A program made the position numbers and the translations under genes. Below the pieces are notes generated by a model. That model worked only from the letters and a program-made list of their open reading frames with translations. It made no database searches and had not been told where the DNA came from. Below, piece by piece: positions 37,475 through 51,261 of a stretch of 64,000 nucleotides of DNA (positions are counted from its first letter, which is position 1; each line of letters begins with the position of its first letter). This DNA comes from Camelus dromedarius. Taxonomy: Eukaryota. The stretch is taken from positions 13,828,001-13,892,000 of the forward strand of contig NC_087437.1 in the NCBI RefSeq assembly GCF_036321535.1, in the 5' to 3' direction.

Positions 37475-40400
37475 TGTGAATACTATAAAAAGGAAATAGA
37501 AACTATAAAGAGGAGCCAATTAAAATCAGAAAACTTAGTGGTTGAGATAGGAGCCAAGCTAAAGGCAGTCAGATGCAGACTAAATAATGCAGAAAAACGA
37601 ATAAGTGACTTAGATGATAGGATAACAGAAATCACCCAATCAGGATAGCAGATAGAAAAGCAAGTAAAACTAATGAAAGCAATATAAAGGACCTATAGGA
37701 TAATATTAAGAATGCCAATCTATGCATAGCAGGAATCCCAGAAGAAGAAAGAGAAAAGAGAATTGAAAAGGTATTTAAAGAAATCATGACTGAAAACCTT
37801 TAAAACCTAAAGAAGGAAACATATATCCAAGTACAGGAAGGACAGAGGGTCCCAAACAAGAACTCAAACAGACCTACACCAAAATATATTATAATTAATA
37901 TGGCCAAAGTTAAAAATAAAGAAATGATTCTGAAGGTGGTAAGAGAAAAACAAGGAGTTAGTTACAAGGGAACTCCCACAAGGCTTTCAGCTGATTTCTC
38001 TAGACACTGTTGGCCAGAGGGGACTGGCAAGATATATTCAAAGTCCTGAATGAGAAAAAGCTGCAGCCTACGATACTCTATCCAGCAACTATCATTTAGA
38101 ATAGAAGGAGAGATAAAGAATTTCACAGACAAGCAAAAACTAAAAGAATTCAGCAATACTAAACCTATCCTAAAAGAAGTATTGAAAAGTCTACTCTAAA
38201 CAGAAAAGAAGCAGGAAGCTATAGAAAGGAGAAAACTATTATTTGAAATGTGATAACTACAATGAGTTGAAATAGAATAAACATAAAGACTTAAAGGGGA
38301 CATCAAAATCATTAAAGGTGGGAGAGGGTAGCAAGAAAATATAAATGTTTTTCTTCCTTTCTTCATTCTTATTAAGATGTGTTTGAGCCTATATGACTAC
38401 CAGTCTAAGGCAAACAGCTATAGTAATGGGTTAACATACTTGAAAAACAGGCTAACCACAGACCAAAAGCATACAATAAAGTCACAAAACCCAAAGAGAA
38501 ACTAAGCTAATGCAAAAGAAAATTGCTAAACCACAAAAAGGAAAGGAACAAATTAAAAATACCAAGTCACCTGGAAAACAAAGTTCAAAATGGCAATAAC
38601 ACAAATCTATCAATAATTGACAGTAAATATCAATGGACAAAATACTCCAATCAAAAGACAGAGTGGCAGATTGGATAATAAAAAAGAGCCTACATTATGC
38701 TGCCTACAAGAGACCCATTTTAGAGTGAATGACATACATAGATTGAAAGTGAGAGGGTGAAAAACACATTTCACGCAAACGGAAATGAGAAGAAAGCAGA
38801 AGTAGCAATACTCATATCAGACAAAATAGACTTTAAAACAAAGGCCATAAAGAAAGATAAAGAAGGATGCTATATAATGTTCAAAGGAGCAATAAACAAT
38901 GAGAATATTACACTCATTACCATACATGCACCCAATAGAGGAATACCTAAATATATAAAACAAATACTAACAGACATAGAGGGAGAAATATATGGGAACA
39001 CAATCATAATAGGAGGCTTTAACACACAGTTAACATTATTGGACAGATCTTCTAGACAGAAAATCAGTAAGGAAAAGGAGACACTAGATGACACAATAAA
39101 ACAGTTGGACTTGGTGGATATTTTTAGGACTTTATATCCCCCCAAAAAAGAATATATATTCTTTTCAAGTGCTCATGGAACATTCTCTAGGATAGACCAC
39201 ATACTCAAGCACAAAGTAAGCCTCAAAAAATTTAAGAGAGTAGAAATTATTTCAAGCATCTTCTCTGAACACAATGCCATGAAAATAGCAATCAACCACA
39301 GAAAAACAAATGAGAATAAAAAGACTGCAGGGAGACCAAACAACATGCTACTAAAAAAGAAAACAAAACAAAACAAAATCAATGGATCAATGATGACACC
39401 AAAGAATAGATTAAAAAATACTTTGAGACAAATGACAATGAAAACACAATCACACAAAATCTATAAGATGCAGCAAAAGCAGTCCTAAGAGGGAAATCAT
39501 AGTGATACAGGCCTTCCTCAAAAGACAAGAACAGTCTTAAATAAACAATGTAACCTACAACTAAAAGAATTACAAAAAGAAGAGCAAATGAAACCTAAAG
39601 TCAACTGAAAAAGAGAAAAAAATAAAAATCAGGAGATAAATAAAATAGAGACTTAAAAAACAATAGGAAAAAGACAACCAAGTCAAGAACTGGTTTTCTG
39701 AAAGAGTAAACAAAATCGACAAATCTCTGTCCAGTCTCACCAAGAAGAAAAGAGAGCACAAATAAACAAAATAAGAAAGGAAAATGGAGAAATTACATCT
39801 AACACCATAGAAATGCAAAAAACCATAAGAGAATACTATGAACAACAATATGGGAGAAAAAAACTGGACAACCTAGAAAAAATGGACAAGTTTCTAGAAA
39901 TATATGGTCCACCAAGACTGAACTAAGAAGAAATAGATCACTAGATCAGATCAGATCAATCACTAGAATTGAAATAGAATATATATAGCAATTAAAAAAA
40001 AAAAAAAAAACTTCCCTACAAACAAAAGCCCAGGACTAGATGGCTTCACTAGGGAATTCTACCAAATATACAAAGAAGAACTCATACTGATCCTTCTCAA
40101 ACTCTCCCAAAAGATTGAAGAGGAGAGAATACTCCCAAACTCATTCTATGAAGGCACCATTACCCTAATATCAAAACCAAAGATGCTAATGAAAAAGAAA
40201 ATTACAGGCGAATATCACTGATGAACATAGATACAAAAATCCTCAACAAGATATTAGCAAACAGAATCCAACAACACATTAAAAGATCATAAACCCTGAT
40301 CAAGTTGGATTCATCCCAGGGACACAAGGATGGTTGAACAAAGGCAAATCAAACAATGTGATACATCACATCAACAAAAGAAAGGACAAAAAGCACACGA

Positions 40401-41163
40401 TCATCTCAATATATGCAGAAAAAGCATTTGATAAAATTTAACACCCATTTATGATAAAAAACTCTTACCGAAGTGGGTATAGAAGGAACATATTGCAACA
40501 TAATAAAAGCTATTTATGACAAACCCACAGTGAGCATAATACTCAACGGTGAAAAGTTGAAAGCCTTCCCACTAAAATCTGGAACAAGACAAGGATCCCA
40601 CTCTTACCATTTCTATTCAACATAGTATTAGAAGTCCTAGCTTCAGCAATCAGCCAAGAAAAAGAGATAAAAGGGATCGAAACTGGAAGAGAACAGATAA
40701 AATTGTCACTATATGCAGCTGAGATAATATATATAGAAAATACTAAAAGCTTCACAAAAAAAAAACTACTAGAGCTGATAAAAGTATTTGGCAAGGTAGC
40801 AGGATACAAGATTAACATACAAAAATCATTAGCATTTCTTTACACTTACAATGAAATATCAGATAAAGAAAGTAAAGAAACAATCCATGTTAAAATCATG
40901 TCCAAAAAAAAAAAAAAGTAAAATACTTAGGAATAAATCTGACCCAGAAGGTAAAAGACTTTTATGCAGAGGACAACAAAACATTTTTTAAGGAAATTAA
41001 AGATGACTTAAAGAAGTGGAAAGATATCCCATGTTCTTGGGTTGGAAGAATTAATATTGTCAAAATGGACATATTACCCAAAGCAATCTACAGATTTTAT
41101 GTGATCTTTATCAAGTTACCCAGAACATTTTTCACAGAACTAGAATCAATAATCCTAAAATTT

Positions 41164-41196
<33 letters not shown>

Positions 41197-42732
41197 CACA
41201 CATATATATATATATTCACAAAAGATCCAGAATTGCCAAACTATGAAAAAGAACAAAGCTGAAAGAATAACCCTTCCAAACTTCAGACAATAATACAGAG
41301 CTACAGTAATCAAAACAGCATAGTATTGGCACAAAAACAGACATACGGATTAGAAAGCCCAGAAATAAACCCAGAGACTTACAGTCAATTACTCTTCAAC
41401 AAAAAAGGCAAGAACATACGATGGAGAAAGACAGTCTCTTCAGCAAGTGGTGTTGGGAAAACTGGGCAGCCACATGTAAATCAATGAAGTTAGAACACTC
41501 CATCACACCATACACAAAAATAAACTCAAAATGGCTCAAAGACTTAAACATAAGACAAAACACTATAAAATTCCTAGAAGAAAACATGGGAAAGACGTCC
41601 TCTGACATCAATCTAGGCAATGTTCTCCTGGGACAGTCTACCCAGGCAACAGAAATAAGAACAAAAATAAACAAATTGGCTCTAATTAAACTTATAAGCT
41701 TTTGCATAGCAAAGGAAATCATAAGCAAAACAAAACTACAACCTACAAAATGGGAGAAAATATTTTCAGAAGATGATACTGACAAGGGCTTAATTTCCAG
41801 AACAGATAAACAGCTCATACAACTTAATAACAACAATAATAAAAAAACTCAATCCAAAAATGGGCTGAAGACTTAAACAAGTAATTCTCAAATGAAGACA
41901 TACAAATGGCCAATAGGCACAGGAAAAATGCTCAATATCACAAATTATCAGAGAAATGCAAATCAAAACTACAATGAGTATTCACCTCACACCTGTCATA
42001 ATGGCCATGATTAAAAAGTCCACAAGCAATAAATGCTGGAGAGAGTATGGAGAAAACAGAACCCTCCTACACTGTTGGTGGGAATGTAGTTCATGCAGTA
42101 TGGAGATTCCACAGAACACTAAAAACAGACTAACCTTATGATCCAGCAGTTCCACTCCTGGGCATATACCCATAAGGAGCTTTAATTCTAAAAGATGCAT
42201 TCACCCTGTTTTTCATAGCAGCACTATTTACAATAATCAAGACATGGAAACAACCTAAATGTCCATTGACAGATGACTGGATAAAGAAGTTGTTGTATAT
42301 ATATACCATGAAATAGTACTCAGCCATAAAAAATAATAAAATAATGCCATCTGCAGCAACATGGATGGAACTGGAGATCATGATTCTGAGTGAAATAAGC
42401 CAGAAAGAGAAAGAAAAATGCCATATGATATCGCTTATATGTAGAATCTTAAAAAAAAAAAAAAGGACACAAATGAACTTATCTACAAAACAGAAACAGA
42501 TTCACGACATACAGAACAAACTTAAGGTTACCAGGGGTTAAAGGGGGTGGGAAGGGATAAATTGGGAGTTTCAAAATTGTACCTCTTGAGGAGTGATGGA
42601 AATGTTAGCTATCTTGAATGTGGTGGTGGCTTCATGGGTATATACCTCTATCAAAATTCATCAAATTGTATGTCTAAAATATGTATAGTTTACTGTACAG
42701 GAACCATACCACAATAAAAATGTTAAAAAAAA
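37475..42732 (+). mobile_element. Long 5'-truncated, inactivated L1 (3' part of ORF1, ORF2 from about 38590, 3' UTR, A tail)
   Basis: Endonuclease-like ORF 38757-39488 (HGTFSRIDHIL, FSEHNAMK), RT and C-terminal fragments, many stops and frameshifts, and a (TA)n expansion at about 41163-41215. Confidence 0.97.
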
Positions 42733-45700
42733 GTGAAGAAACAAGAAAAAATATTAAAGCTGGAGAGGAGGAAAAAAGAGAGAGAGATCAATCAAATGTG
42801 TTTGGCGATTAAAAACACCTATCCTTGTTCATCTTTTGGGTGGGTTGTCACCACCATTAACTGCTCATGTATACCCATCATAGTAAATCCATCTGCTCAC
42901 TTCTTAAAATATTGTGAGATTGTTCCCAATGTTGAGCTAGCTTACTCCCTCTTTCCAAGACATCTTTTACCAAATGGAAGAACAAGAGAATGAATCAAAG
43001 AATGAAACTATGGGAAACAAAGTAAAGATTCAACAGCTTCCAGGACCCAATTTCTTAATCTACCTGAGACATGTAGATTTGGACTCTGGGTGCAACTCAA
43101 TTGATAATGTGATAAATTAGCTCAAACACGGACATATAGTCATTTTACTTAATTAAAAAAAAGGAAGAAAACTAAGAAAATACTTTCTTTACTCCACCAA
43201 CTTCAACCATGTGCAATTTAATTTCAGTTGATTTTGGGTTATTCTGCAGTTTCACTTCCCTCTTGCCATTTATTTGATTTCATTAGAAACAGAATATTTA
43301 CTTTCCATTTCTATTACTACTAATTTTGGCTACAAATGGGCTGGAACTGAGGAAGACTGCAGATGAGGGTAAGTCATATTTGCTATTATTTGAAATTACA
43401 GATTCAATATTTTTGAGGAGATAATTTATCTATAGGTCAAATTTGAATAAAAAATAGTTTTATAAAATTGATGTTGATAAAAATATAACACAAGTTCTAA
43501 GCCTTTTATATTATTTTGAGATGTACTATAAACGAAGTGCGAAAGAGCTGCAATACTTGTCTTGCCTTCATTTAAAAATCCTTAATACAAATTTTTAGTA
43601 GAATTATAATCAGAGGTGACTTCTGATTGATCAAGGAAAGAGGTGATCATGGCTAGTAAAGCTCGTGTGTTAAATGAAATGTAAGCAGTTTAGGGCATGG
43701 ACTTTAAAATCCAAGAGACCTTTAAAGGCTTTGTGGCTATCTACTGATAAGACATTGGGAAAGCTAAATAACTTCTTTAAAGTCCTGGGCTCCTTGCCAA
43801 TAAAACATGAATAATAAAAGCACCTAACTTTACAGGGTTATGATGAAAATTAAATGAGATGATGCATTGAAGTCCTTAGCACAGTACACAAAGTCACTAC
43901 TCAATAAACATGACAGAGATTTAAATTCAGGAATAAAAATGATCTATGTTAATATTTGTAAAAAATAAAAATCTCAAATTGTTTTACAACATAAACATAA
44001 TACTTACATAGTTTTCCAGTAATCAATACTGACAGGCAGACACAGAGATTAACAAAATCCTCATTAGAGAAAATAAATGTCTTCTAAGATTATATAGAAA
44101 AAAAAGATAAGAAGAACATTAAATTTAGTGATCTGGTGAATTTTTAAAGACTTTTAAAATCCAATTTACCCATATGATTTTTGAAAGATTCTCTTATCAG
44201 ACCATAAATGATACAACTAAGCCTACAGTTGAGTCTATGTGTTAGAAATTCCTTAATGTGGAAAGGTTAATAATCCTCAGGGGAAACTTAACTCTCAAAC
44301 TTGTAAATAACTATTACTGTACACATTTTCTCTCTGGTGGAAATTCTCAGTGTTTTTCATATTGTAATTCTTCTAAAATCATCTGTGAACCCCTTAGGCA
44401 TCTTTTCCTCCACCTGCTGACAGTAATAATAATTACTACACAGTTTGTGCTCTGGTCATGGCAGAAAACCTTAAATTTCCTAAGGAATACAGAACAAGGA
44501 CCAGAGGAAAATCTAATTTGTCTATTCCATTTGCTCAAAGCATACCATTTTACATATAAATAAAAACAATCATTGATTACTCTTGGACAATCCTGGATTT
44601 TGGAACCAGGAAGATGTGGGTTCCAATTCAAACTCTGAGTAACAATTACTTAATTAGGAGGCTTTGGGCAAGTCCCATAAGCTCTCTGAAACCTGAGGAG
44701 TTTCCAAATCTGTACAGAACAGGTAACAGTTTATTGTTATACCAGAGTGGGGCTTATGGCAAACCCCTGATGCAAAGGAATTGCCCTCCCTTGTAATTCT
44801 CCTTTAATCTCTCATACTTATCTTCAACTCTCATTTTCCACATAGTTATATAAAGCATCTATTCCATGAATATGTACTCAAAGATTAAAAAAAAACCCTC
44901 CCCAACCTAGAGCTGGATTTAGCTCATTGGCGATTAGAGGTCCCCAAATCCACACCCATGAAAGAAATCAAGGACACTCAACAAAATTCTAATTTTCCCC
45001 ATGATTGTTCTTTTGATGTTTTTTATAAAACACTGACTAGCAAATCCTTTCCAAGTTTTTTTTTTTTTAATTTGGGGGATCTTTGCTTTGCTGGTACCCT
45101 AAGCACTTGCTTAAACTGTCTACTGTGTAATCCAGCAGTGTTCCCAAATGCTGTATTATCTGCTTCTAGAATTAAGGAGAAAGAAATAAAAACTACATAT
45201 GAAAGAGAGGAAGTTAATGCTTTTGGAGCAATAGTGGTGCTTACTAAGTGACCTATAAAAGTTCCTTTCCCTTTGTCCTTCTATCAGGGTTTTTAAATAG
45301 TATTAATTTATTCTATATTATGAAACATGAAGACAGCACATTTAGACTATCTCCCTTTCTCTTATCCCATTTTTGAGAGTTTCTCTCTCCTATTATCATT
45401 TATAATATCATTCTATTATCATTTATTATATTAAATAATATTGATTCATCATTAGATAGCATATTTAACTCCTTCTTAATTCTCAAAACAACTGTAGTTG
45501 ATATTACCTTCATCTCATTGACATTCAAAGCTTAAATAGCTACTCAGTGTTACAACTGGGATTTGAACACTTACAATGTAGAGCAAAGATAAAAGAAAAA
45601 AATATATGTCCCCAAATGAGTGAATACACTGTCAGAAGTGAATACAAATAGGAAAAAACTGGTACCTTACTTGCTATAACTAAACCATTGTTTCTTCCTA

Positions 45701-46831
45701 GTGTGGTATACTGCTTTCCACTCTCAAAGATTGTCTGACAAGCAGATCTGTAATAGATCCAAAGTAACTATAACATCTTTTGAAACTGGGTGGTTGCAAT
45801 GACTAGTATACGTGAGTTACTTCTGTATTAGTCAAAATTTTTTTCAAATTGTATTTATTAGTACATACCTTTTATTTTGCTTTACATTGATTTCGTATTT
45901 ATTTTTTGTAAAATCCACAGTATGGATTTGAGAACCAATAGCTCAATAAGCTAACTAGCTGAGTTTGAAATACTACTTCCAATATCAGTTTTATTTTCCT
46001 TCATGCTAAGTAGGCGGCTGCCAAATCATTTACAGCTGCTTATAAGAAAAATAAAGAAGTTAGTCATATTTTTCCCAGCAAAATTGTTTTACATGAAATA
46101 GCAATCATATCACCTTTATACCTCAAAGTCAGCAAGAATTGTGCAATAAGTTTTATGTTCTTAGATGAACATAATATGAGCAAGTTATCATCCAATGTCA
46201 ACAGATAGACAGCCTTTCCTTCTAGTTTCAATGAACTTTGACAGAATTAATGGGAAGTAAAAGCTTCTGTTACACCTAATCAACTTTAGGGGATGCTTTC
46301 TTACTTTGATTTAGATGTGAATGAGTCTTTGGCATTCTGTGAAGTTCATGGTCAAGTCTTGGCTCCTTATTTCTCAAATATTATGTTGTGCAGACAAAAA
46401 CGGTATGCATCTAGGTCTTCTTTGCATTGTTAACATTCATGTATGACTTTAGCAAGTTGACTCTGTGTTCTCTTATGCAAAATGAAGAAATAATGACACC
46501 TTTTTGGCATGAATTATTTTATGATTCTTCATGACACAAGTATTCAGCAGATACGGTTGTCAAGAGTGAACACAAACTTCCCCCCTTTCTTGAACAATAG
46601 CTAGCCTAAATGCCTCTTTACCTCATCTTGGTGAGTCCGAGGAAACTCAAGCACAAGAATAATACATACCAGCAGGAGACCCTGAGATTAACTACTTATA
46701 GTGAGGAGACTAATAGCTCTTGAGTGCTTAGTAAGCAGTGCTCCCCATAAATTACTTAATCTCACTACTATCTCTCAAAGGAAGTATCAGTATCCCTAGT
46801 TTACAGACAAAGAAACTAAGGCTCAAAGAGG

Positions 46832-47160
46832 TGTTGACCTGAAACAAACAGACTACCAGATATTTCTCCAGCAAAGATGGGCTTATTCAGGATCAGCAGA
46901 GAATTGTAATTCTGGGTCTGCAACCATAGTAAGCCATGTGCAAGTCCCTCACACAGCAAGGGAAGGAGAACGCAGTTATAGAGGGGAAAAGGGAAGTTGG
47001 GAGGGCTATAGTAAACAGTGTGTCCATGGGTTTCTACTGGTTGAGTCCTTGCCAGGAAAAAAGGAGTCTTTCTTCCTGGTGGGCCCTGCTATCATCACAG
47101 GATAGGACAGTTCCTCCTTCTGGTCTCCTCTTTGAGGTTTCTATTTATTCATCTTTTACA
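46832..47160. mobile_element. Solo ERV1-class LTR inserted in a MIR
   Basis: TG...CA ends with exact 4-bp TSD GAGG (46828-46831 and 47161-47164). Confidence 0.85.
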
Positions 47161-47369
47161 GAGGATGAGGGATACTTTATAGTTCCTTCAAGTGCTGATG
47201 ACTATAAATGTCTAAATATAATAATTTCACAGTGGATTGGAAATCTTGCTCACTTAAAAACTCATCTATAGAAAAAAATATGTAAGGCTCTAGATTTTTC
47301 TCAAATCTGGTAATACTGGAAGTGTTTGGATTAACCAGTAATAATATTTGAATTGGAAAATATTCATAT

Positions 47370-48015
47370 TGAAACTGAGCAGGAACCCAAAGACTCCTCC
47401 TGGGTACAAAACCTCCTCTATTTCCTCCCTTTCTTGTTTGTAGAAAAAGGTTTTTGTCTCCTAGGTCTTCCCTGAGTTCCAAAGAGCAGACTTAAGCAGT
47501 TACTAATTAGAGAAGTGAAGGAATGCAGAAACAAAGGAAAAGCAGTCAAGCAAGAAGATTAATGATAGCTTAAAACTGTTCAGCAATAAAACAGAGTCCT
47601 AGTTCCTCCTAAAGGAAGGTAAATAACAATCTGACACATAGCTTTCTTGTTCTGCAGAAACTAAGACCACCACACAGGTGGAAGATAATTAGTACATGCT
47701 GACCACAAGCATGTAGACCCCGGACTGGTTGGAACCAGAAGGTCAATGATTAAGATTCCTGAAACATCACCCTGTTACCTCACCACCAAACAATCAGAAG
47801 AAAGTCATGCACACTGCAGCCCTCATACCAAATTTTGCTTTTAAAAACCTATCCCTGAAAGCCATCAGGAAGTTTGTATCTTTCGAGCATTAGCTGTCCA
47901 TTCTGTTGCTTGACACCCTGCAATAAAGGCTGTACTTTCCTTCACCACAAGCCAGAGTCAGTAGATTGGCTTTGCTGCACAATGGGCAAGAGGACCCAAG
48001 TTGAGTTCAGTAACA
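47370..48015 (+). mobile_element. Solo LTR, same family as 51262-51893
   Basis: TGAAAC...GTAACA ends, AATAAA at 47922, long collinear similarity to the 51.3-51.9 kb copy. No clean TSD. Confidence 0.85.
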
Positions 48016-48207
48016 TTTTATTGCCAAAAGAGCAGTTGAGGTAAATTTTAATGAGAGAAGGACACAGAAAGGCCTTTTCCTCAATCAGTTAATATTTCAA
48101 TAACAGTTTCAAATTGTTAAACCACAGAACAAGTATTTCATTTTCCCTCTTTATCCAACTCTGATAATATGGTCAGAACTAGATAACTTCCTATAATTAA
48201 CTGGAAG

Positions 48208-48736
48208 TATTAGGGAGGAAGAAAGTTTCCTCCACCTCCTAGGTTCTTCTGGATGGTTTAAGAATTTAATCGACATGAGACAAATTAACAGAAGAAAGTC
48301 AAACAAAGTTTAATAACATGTATACATAGGAGAAAGCTAGGAAAATGGAGTAACCTGCCCAAATGGCCAAAGCCCTTACCTTAAATACCATCCTCAGCTA
48401 AAGACAAAAGGATGTTGAGGATGGAGAGAGTCAGTTACAAGAAGTTCTAGGAAAAGTAGAGTAAACAAGGATGATTTCATTACAGATTTAAGTCACTGCC
48501 TACTTTATCAATAAGAGTTTCTAGAGATTTATTGTCCTCTTTTTCCAGGATCAGAGAGGAAGATGCCCTTACAAAGGGAGATTTCCCTTACAAATATAAT
48601 GTTCCTTACAAAAGCACAAGTCCTACTTGGTTTTTAGAGAACTTCTGATGTCTGCGGTTTCTCAGAAAAAAAAAAACTGCTTAAAACAATAAGCCAAAGA
48701 GACATATTTTAGGGTGGCAAATTCTGCTTACCTAGA
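48208..48736 (-). mobile_element. MER34/MER39-like ERV1 solo LTR
   Basis: Minus strand begins ..CAGAATTTGCCACCCTAAAATATGTCTCTTTGGC, like the recalled MER34A start. Near-TSD GAAG / AAAG. Confidence 0.7.
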
Positions 48737-50204
48737 AAAGCATGCTTTTGTTAATATAAAATATCATACATTCAAAGTCCTTTATATATGAACATAATTA
48801 TACTTTCTTTAAAAAGACATTTTCATTCACATTAATGATAAAATTAGAGTTCCTAGGGTAGGATTCAGAGAGCAGGGGAAGCCAGGCTAGGATTTTTTTT
48901 TTTTTAATGTGGAAACTATATATGTGCAGATACATATGTCTATATGTTAAGAAATCCTCATGTCATAATTTGCTAAATGTTGTCAGTAACTTCAAGTCTA
49001 TATGTTAGTAAGGTACAGAAGAACACAAAAAACTAAATGTATGCAATGAGATAAACTTAAAAAAAAAACTACTGGAGACAAATAACAATCACATAAGAAA
49101 TTAAAATCAAGTCCAATAGAAAAATGCTTCTGTGGGAGCTTCCAGTTTGCCAGCTTAACTGAAAAGTATTTTCCAACAGTATGTGTCTGCATAAGACCTT
49201 CTAAGCAGCACTGTCCAAGAGAAGTTTAATAGGAGCCATATATAAAATTTTATATTTTTTATAGCAACATTTAAAAAAAAAGAGAAAGAAATGAAATTAA
49301 TTTTAATGTCTTTTTAACTGAATATATATCCAAATTATTATTATTTCAACATGTAATCAATATAAAAATTTTAGTGCAATATTTTACATTTTTCATATTA
49401 GATCTGGTGTGTTTTATAACTTTGTTTCAAGTGTTCAATAACCACGTGGGGTTAGTGGCTACTATATTGGAAACAGTCCAATTTTGCTAAATTATATAGA
49501 GTTCCTAGGGATTCATTTAGGATCTGGGCTTTGACATAATTAGGTAGGTCAGTTTAACAGTAATAGGGAGCTTGATAAGAAGGTACTTGTCTTATGCCTA
49601 AAACATTAAACCTCTCCTGCCTTGTATACTAACTTATGCCACTGATAAAAGCTATTGATATCTAAAAAGCTGTGAAATATTGTATGCATATATCACACAA
49701 TTTGTAAATTTGATATGTGCACACTATGAAAGTATCAGAAAAGCTAATGCATACTTGGATTTTCAATAAAAGATAAATCCAGAAAGAGAAATTTGAGGGT
49801 CATGCCTTGTATTTGTGACTCTTTTTCAAAAGAGTAGGGTGGGCTGAACTTCATTTAACAGAAGAATAGGGAAAAAAGAGACAAATCCTCCCACTCTTCC
49901 TGACTGTCTTACTCAGTTCTAGTGTTTTGAGAAGGATACTGGCTAACTTGTGCAAATCAATTAAGACCAACCACGGGAATTGTGAAAAGGCTTGCAACTA
50001 CATCCTGTAAGCAACAGTGAAAAGCAGTACAAATATGGTTTCTGAAGCTGAGAAGCTGTGGCCAGGGTGGTTAAGTAGAGAGATAAGCAGAGGAGGCAAT
50101 GGAGGAGATAGGATTCACTGTACTGGCCAATACCTAAAAAGGATGTCATAGAAGAGGAAAAGGCAAAAAGCAAACAAAAAAGATACTTAGGAAAGTTGGC
50201 TGAA

Positions 50205-50767
50205 CTATTTACAATAGCCAAGACATGGAAATAACCTAAATGTCTATCCATAGATGACTACATAAAGAAGTTGTGGTATATTTATACAATGGAATACTAC
50301 TCAACCATAGAAAAGATTAAAATAATGCCATTTGCAGCAACATGGATGGAACTGGAGACCATCATTCAAAGTGAAGTAAGCCAGCAAGAGAACGAAAAAT
50401 ATCGTATGATATCACTTATATGTGGAATCTAAAAAAAAAAGACAAATGAACATATTTACAAAACAGAAACAGACTCATCAACATAGAAAATAAACTTATG
50501 AGTACCAGGGTGGGAAGGGGGCGGGAAGGGATAAATTGGGAGTTCGAGATTTGCAGATACTAATCACTATATTTAAAATAGACAAACAACAAGTTTATAC
50601 TGTATAGCACAGGGAAGTATATTCAATATCTTGTATTAACCTATAATGACAGAATATGAAAAGAATATATATATGTATATGTATGACTGAACTATTATGC
50701 TGTACACCAGAAATTGACACAAAATTGTAAACTGACTATACTTTAATTAAAAAACAAAAACAAAAAA
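50205..50767 (+). mobile_element. 5'-truncated L1 3' end
   Basis: End of ORF2, 3' UTR and A tail; TSD GAAAGTTGGCTGAA (50191) / GAAAGTTGTCTGAA (50768). Confidence 0.93.
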
Positions 50768-51261
50768 GAAAGTTGTCTGAATAGAAAGAAAGTAGTTTCT
50801 AAAACTGCAGTGAAAAAAAAAATGTCTTGGGAGACAGGAAATCTTCCACCATATGGGATGGAGCGGGGGTTGTGGGAGCCGCTCATGATGCCTGAGGCTC
50901 TTCCTAGCTCTAAATACAGATTTTATTTACACCAAATATTGAACATAGAGGTAGTGTGGAAGTTTAATAGTTCACTAGCCTTGATATTGCAAGTCCTGTA
51001 ACTAAATCTCAGCTCAGCTTTGAGGATTTAGGTCACCTTGGGCAAATCTCTTGGATTCTCTGGGTTTGCTCCCTCTAAAGTAAAAATAATACACCCTGCA
51101 CCTACTTCTGGAAATACTGAAAGGCTTTGCAACTTACAAGATGTTACATAAACACAAGTTTCTGTTTCCATAGGATAAGCCAAGAAGGCCCCTTAACTCA
51201 GCCTTCCTATTTTTTTTTTCTTTCTCACCCCTTTTGACTCTTATTTAGGGTCCTGCTCAGT

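Noticed and set aside
38757..39488. 243-aa ORF as a host gene or an active L1
   Set aside because: Fragment of the L1 ORF2 endonuclease; the element lacks its 5' UTR and has many frameshifts and stops.
46165..46179. ATGAACATAATA resembling the DNAJC13 start (MNII)
   Set aside because: A stop follows at codon 5, similarity ends there, and it lies upstream of the promoter.
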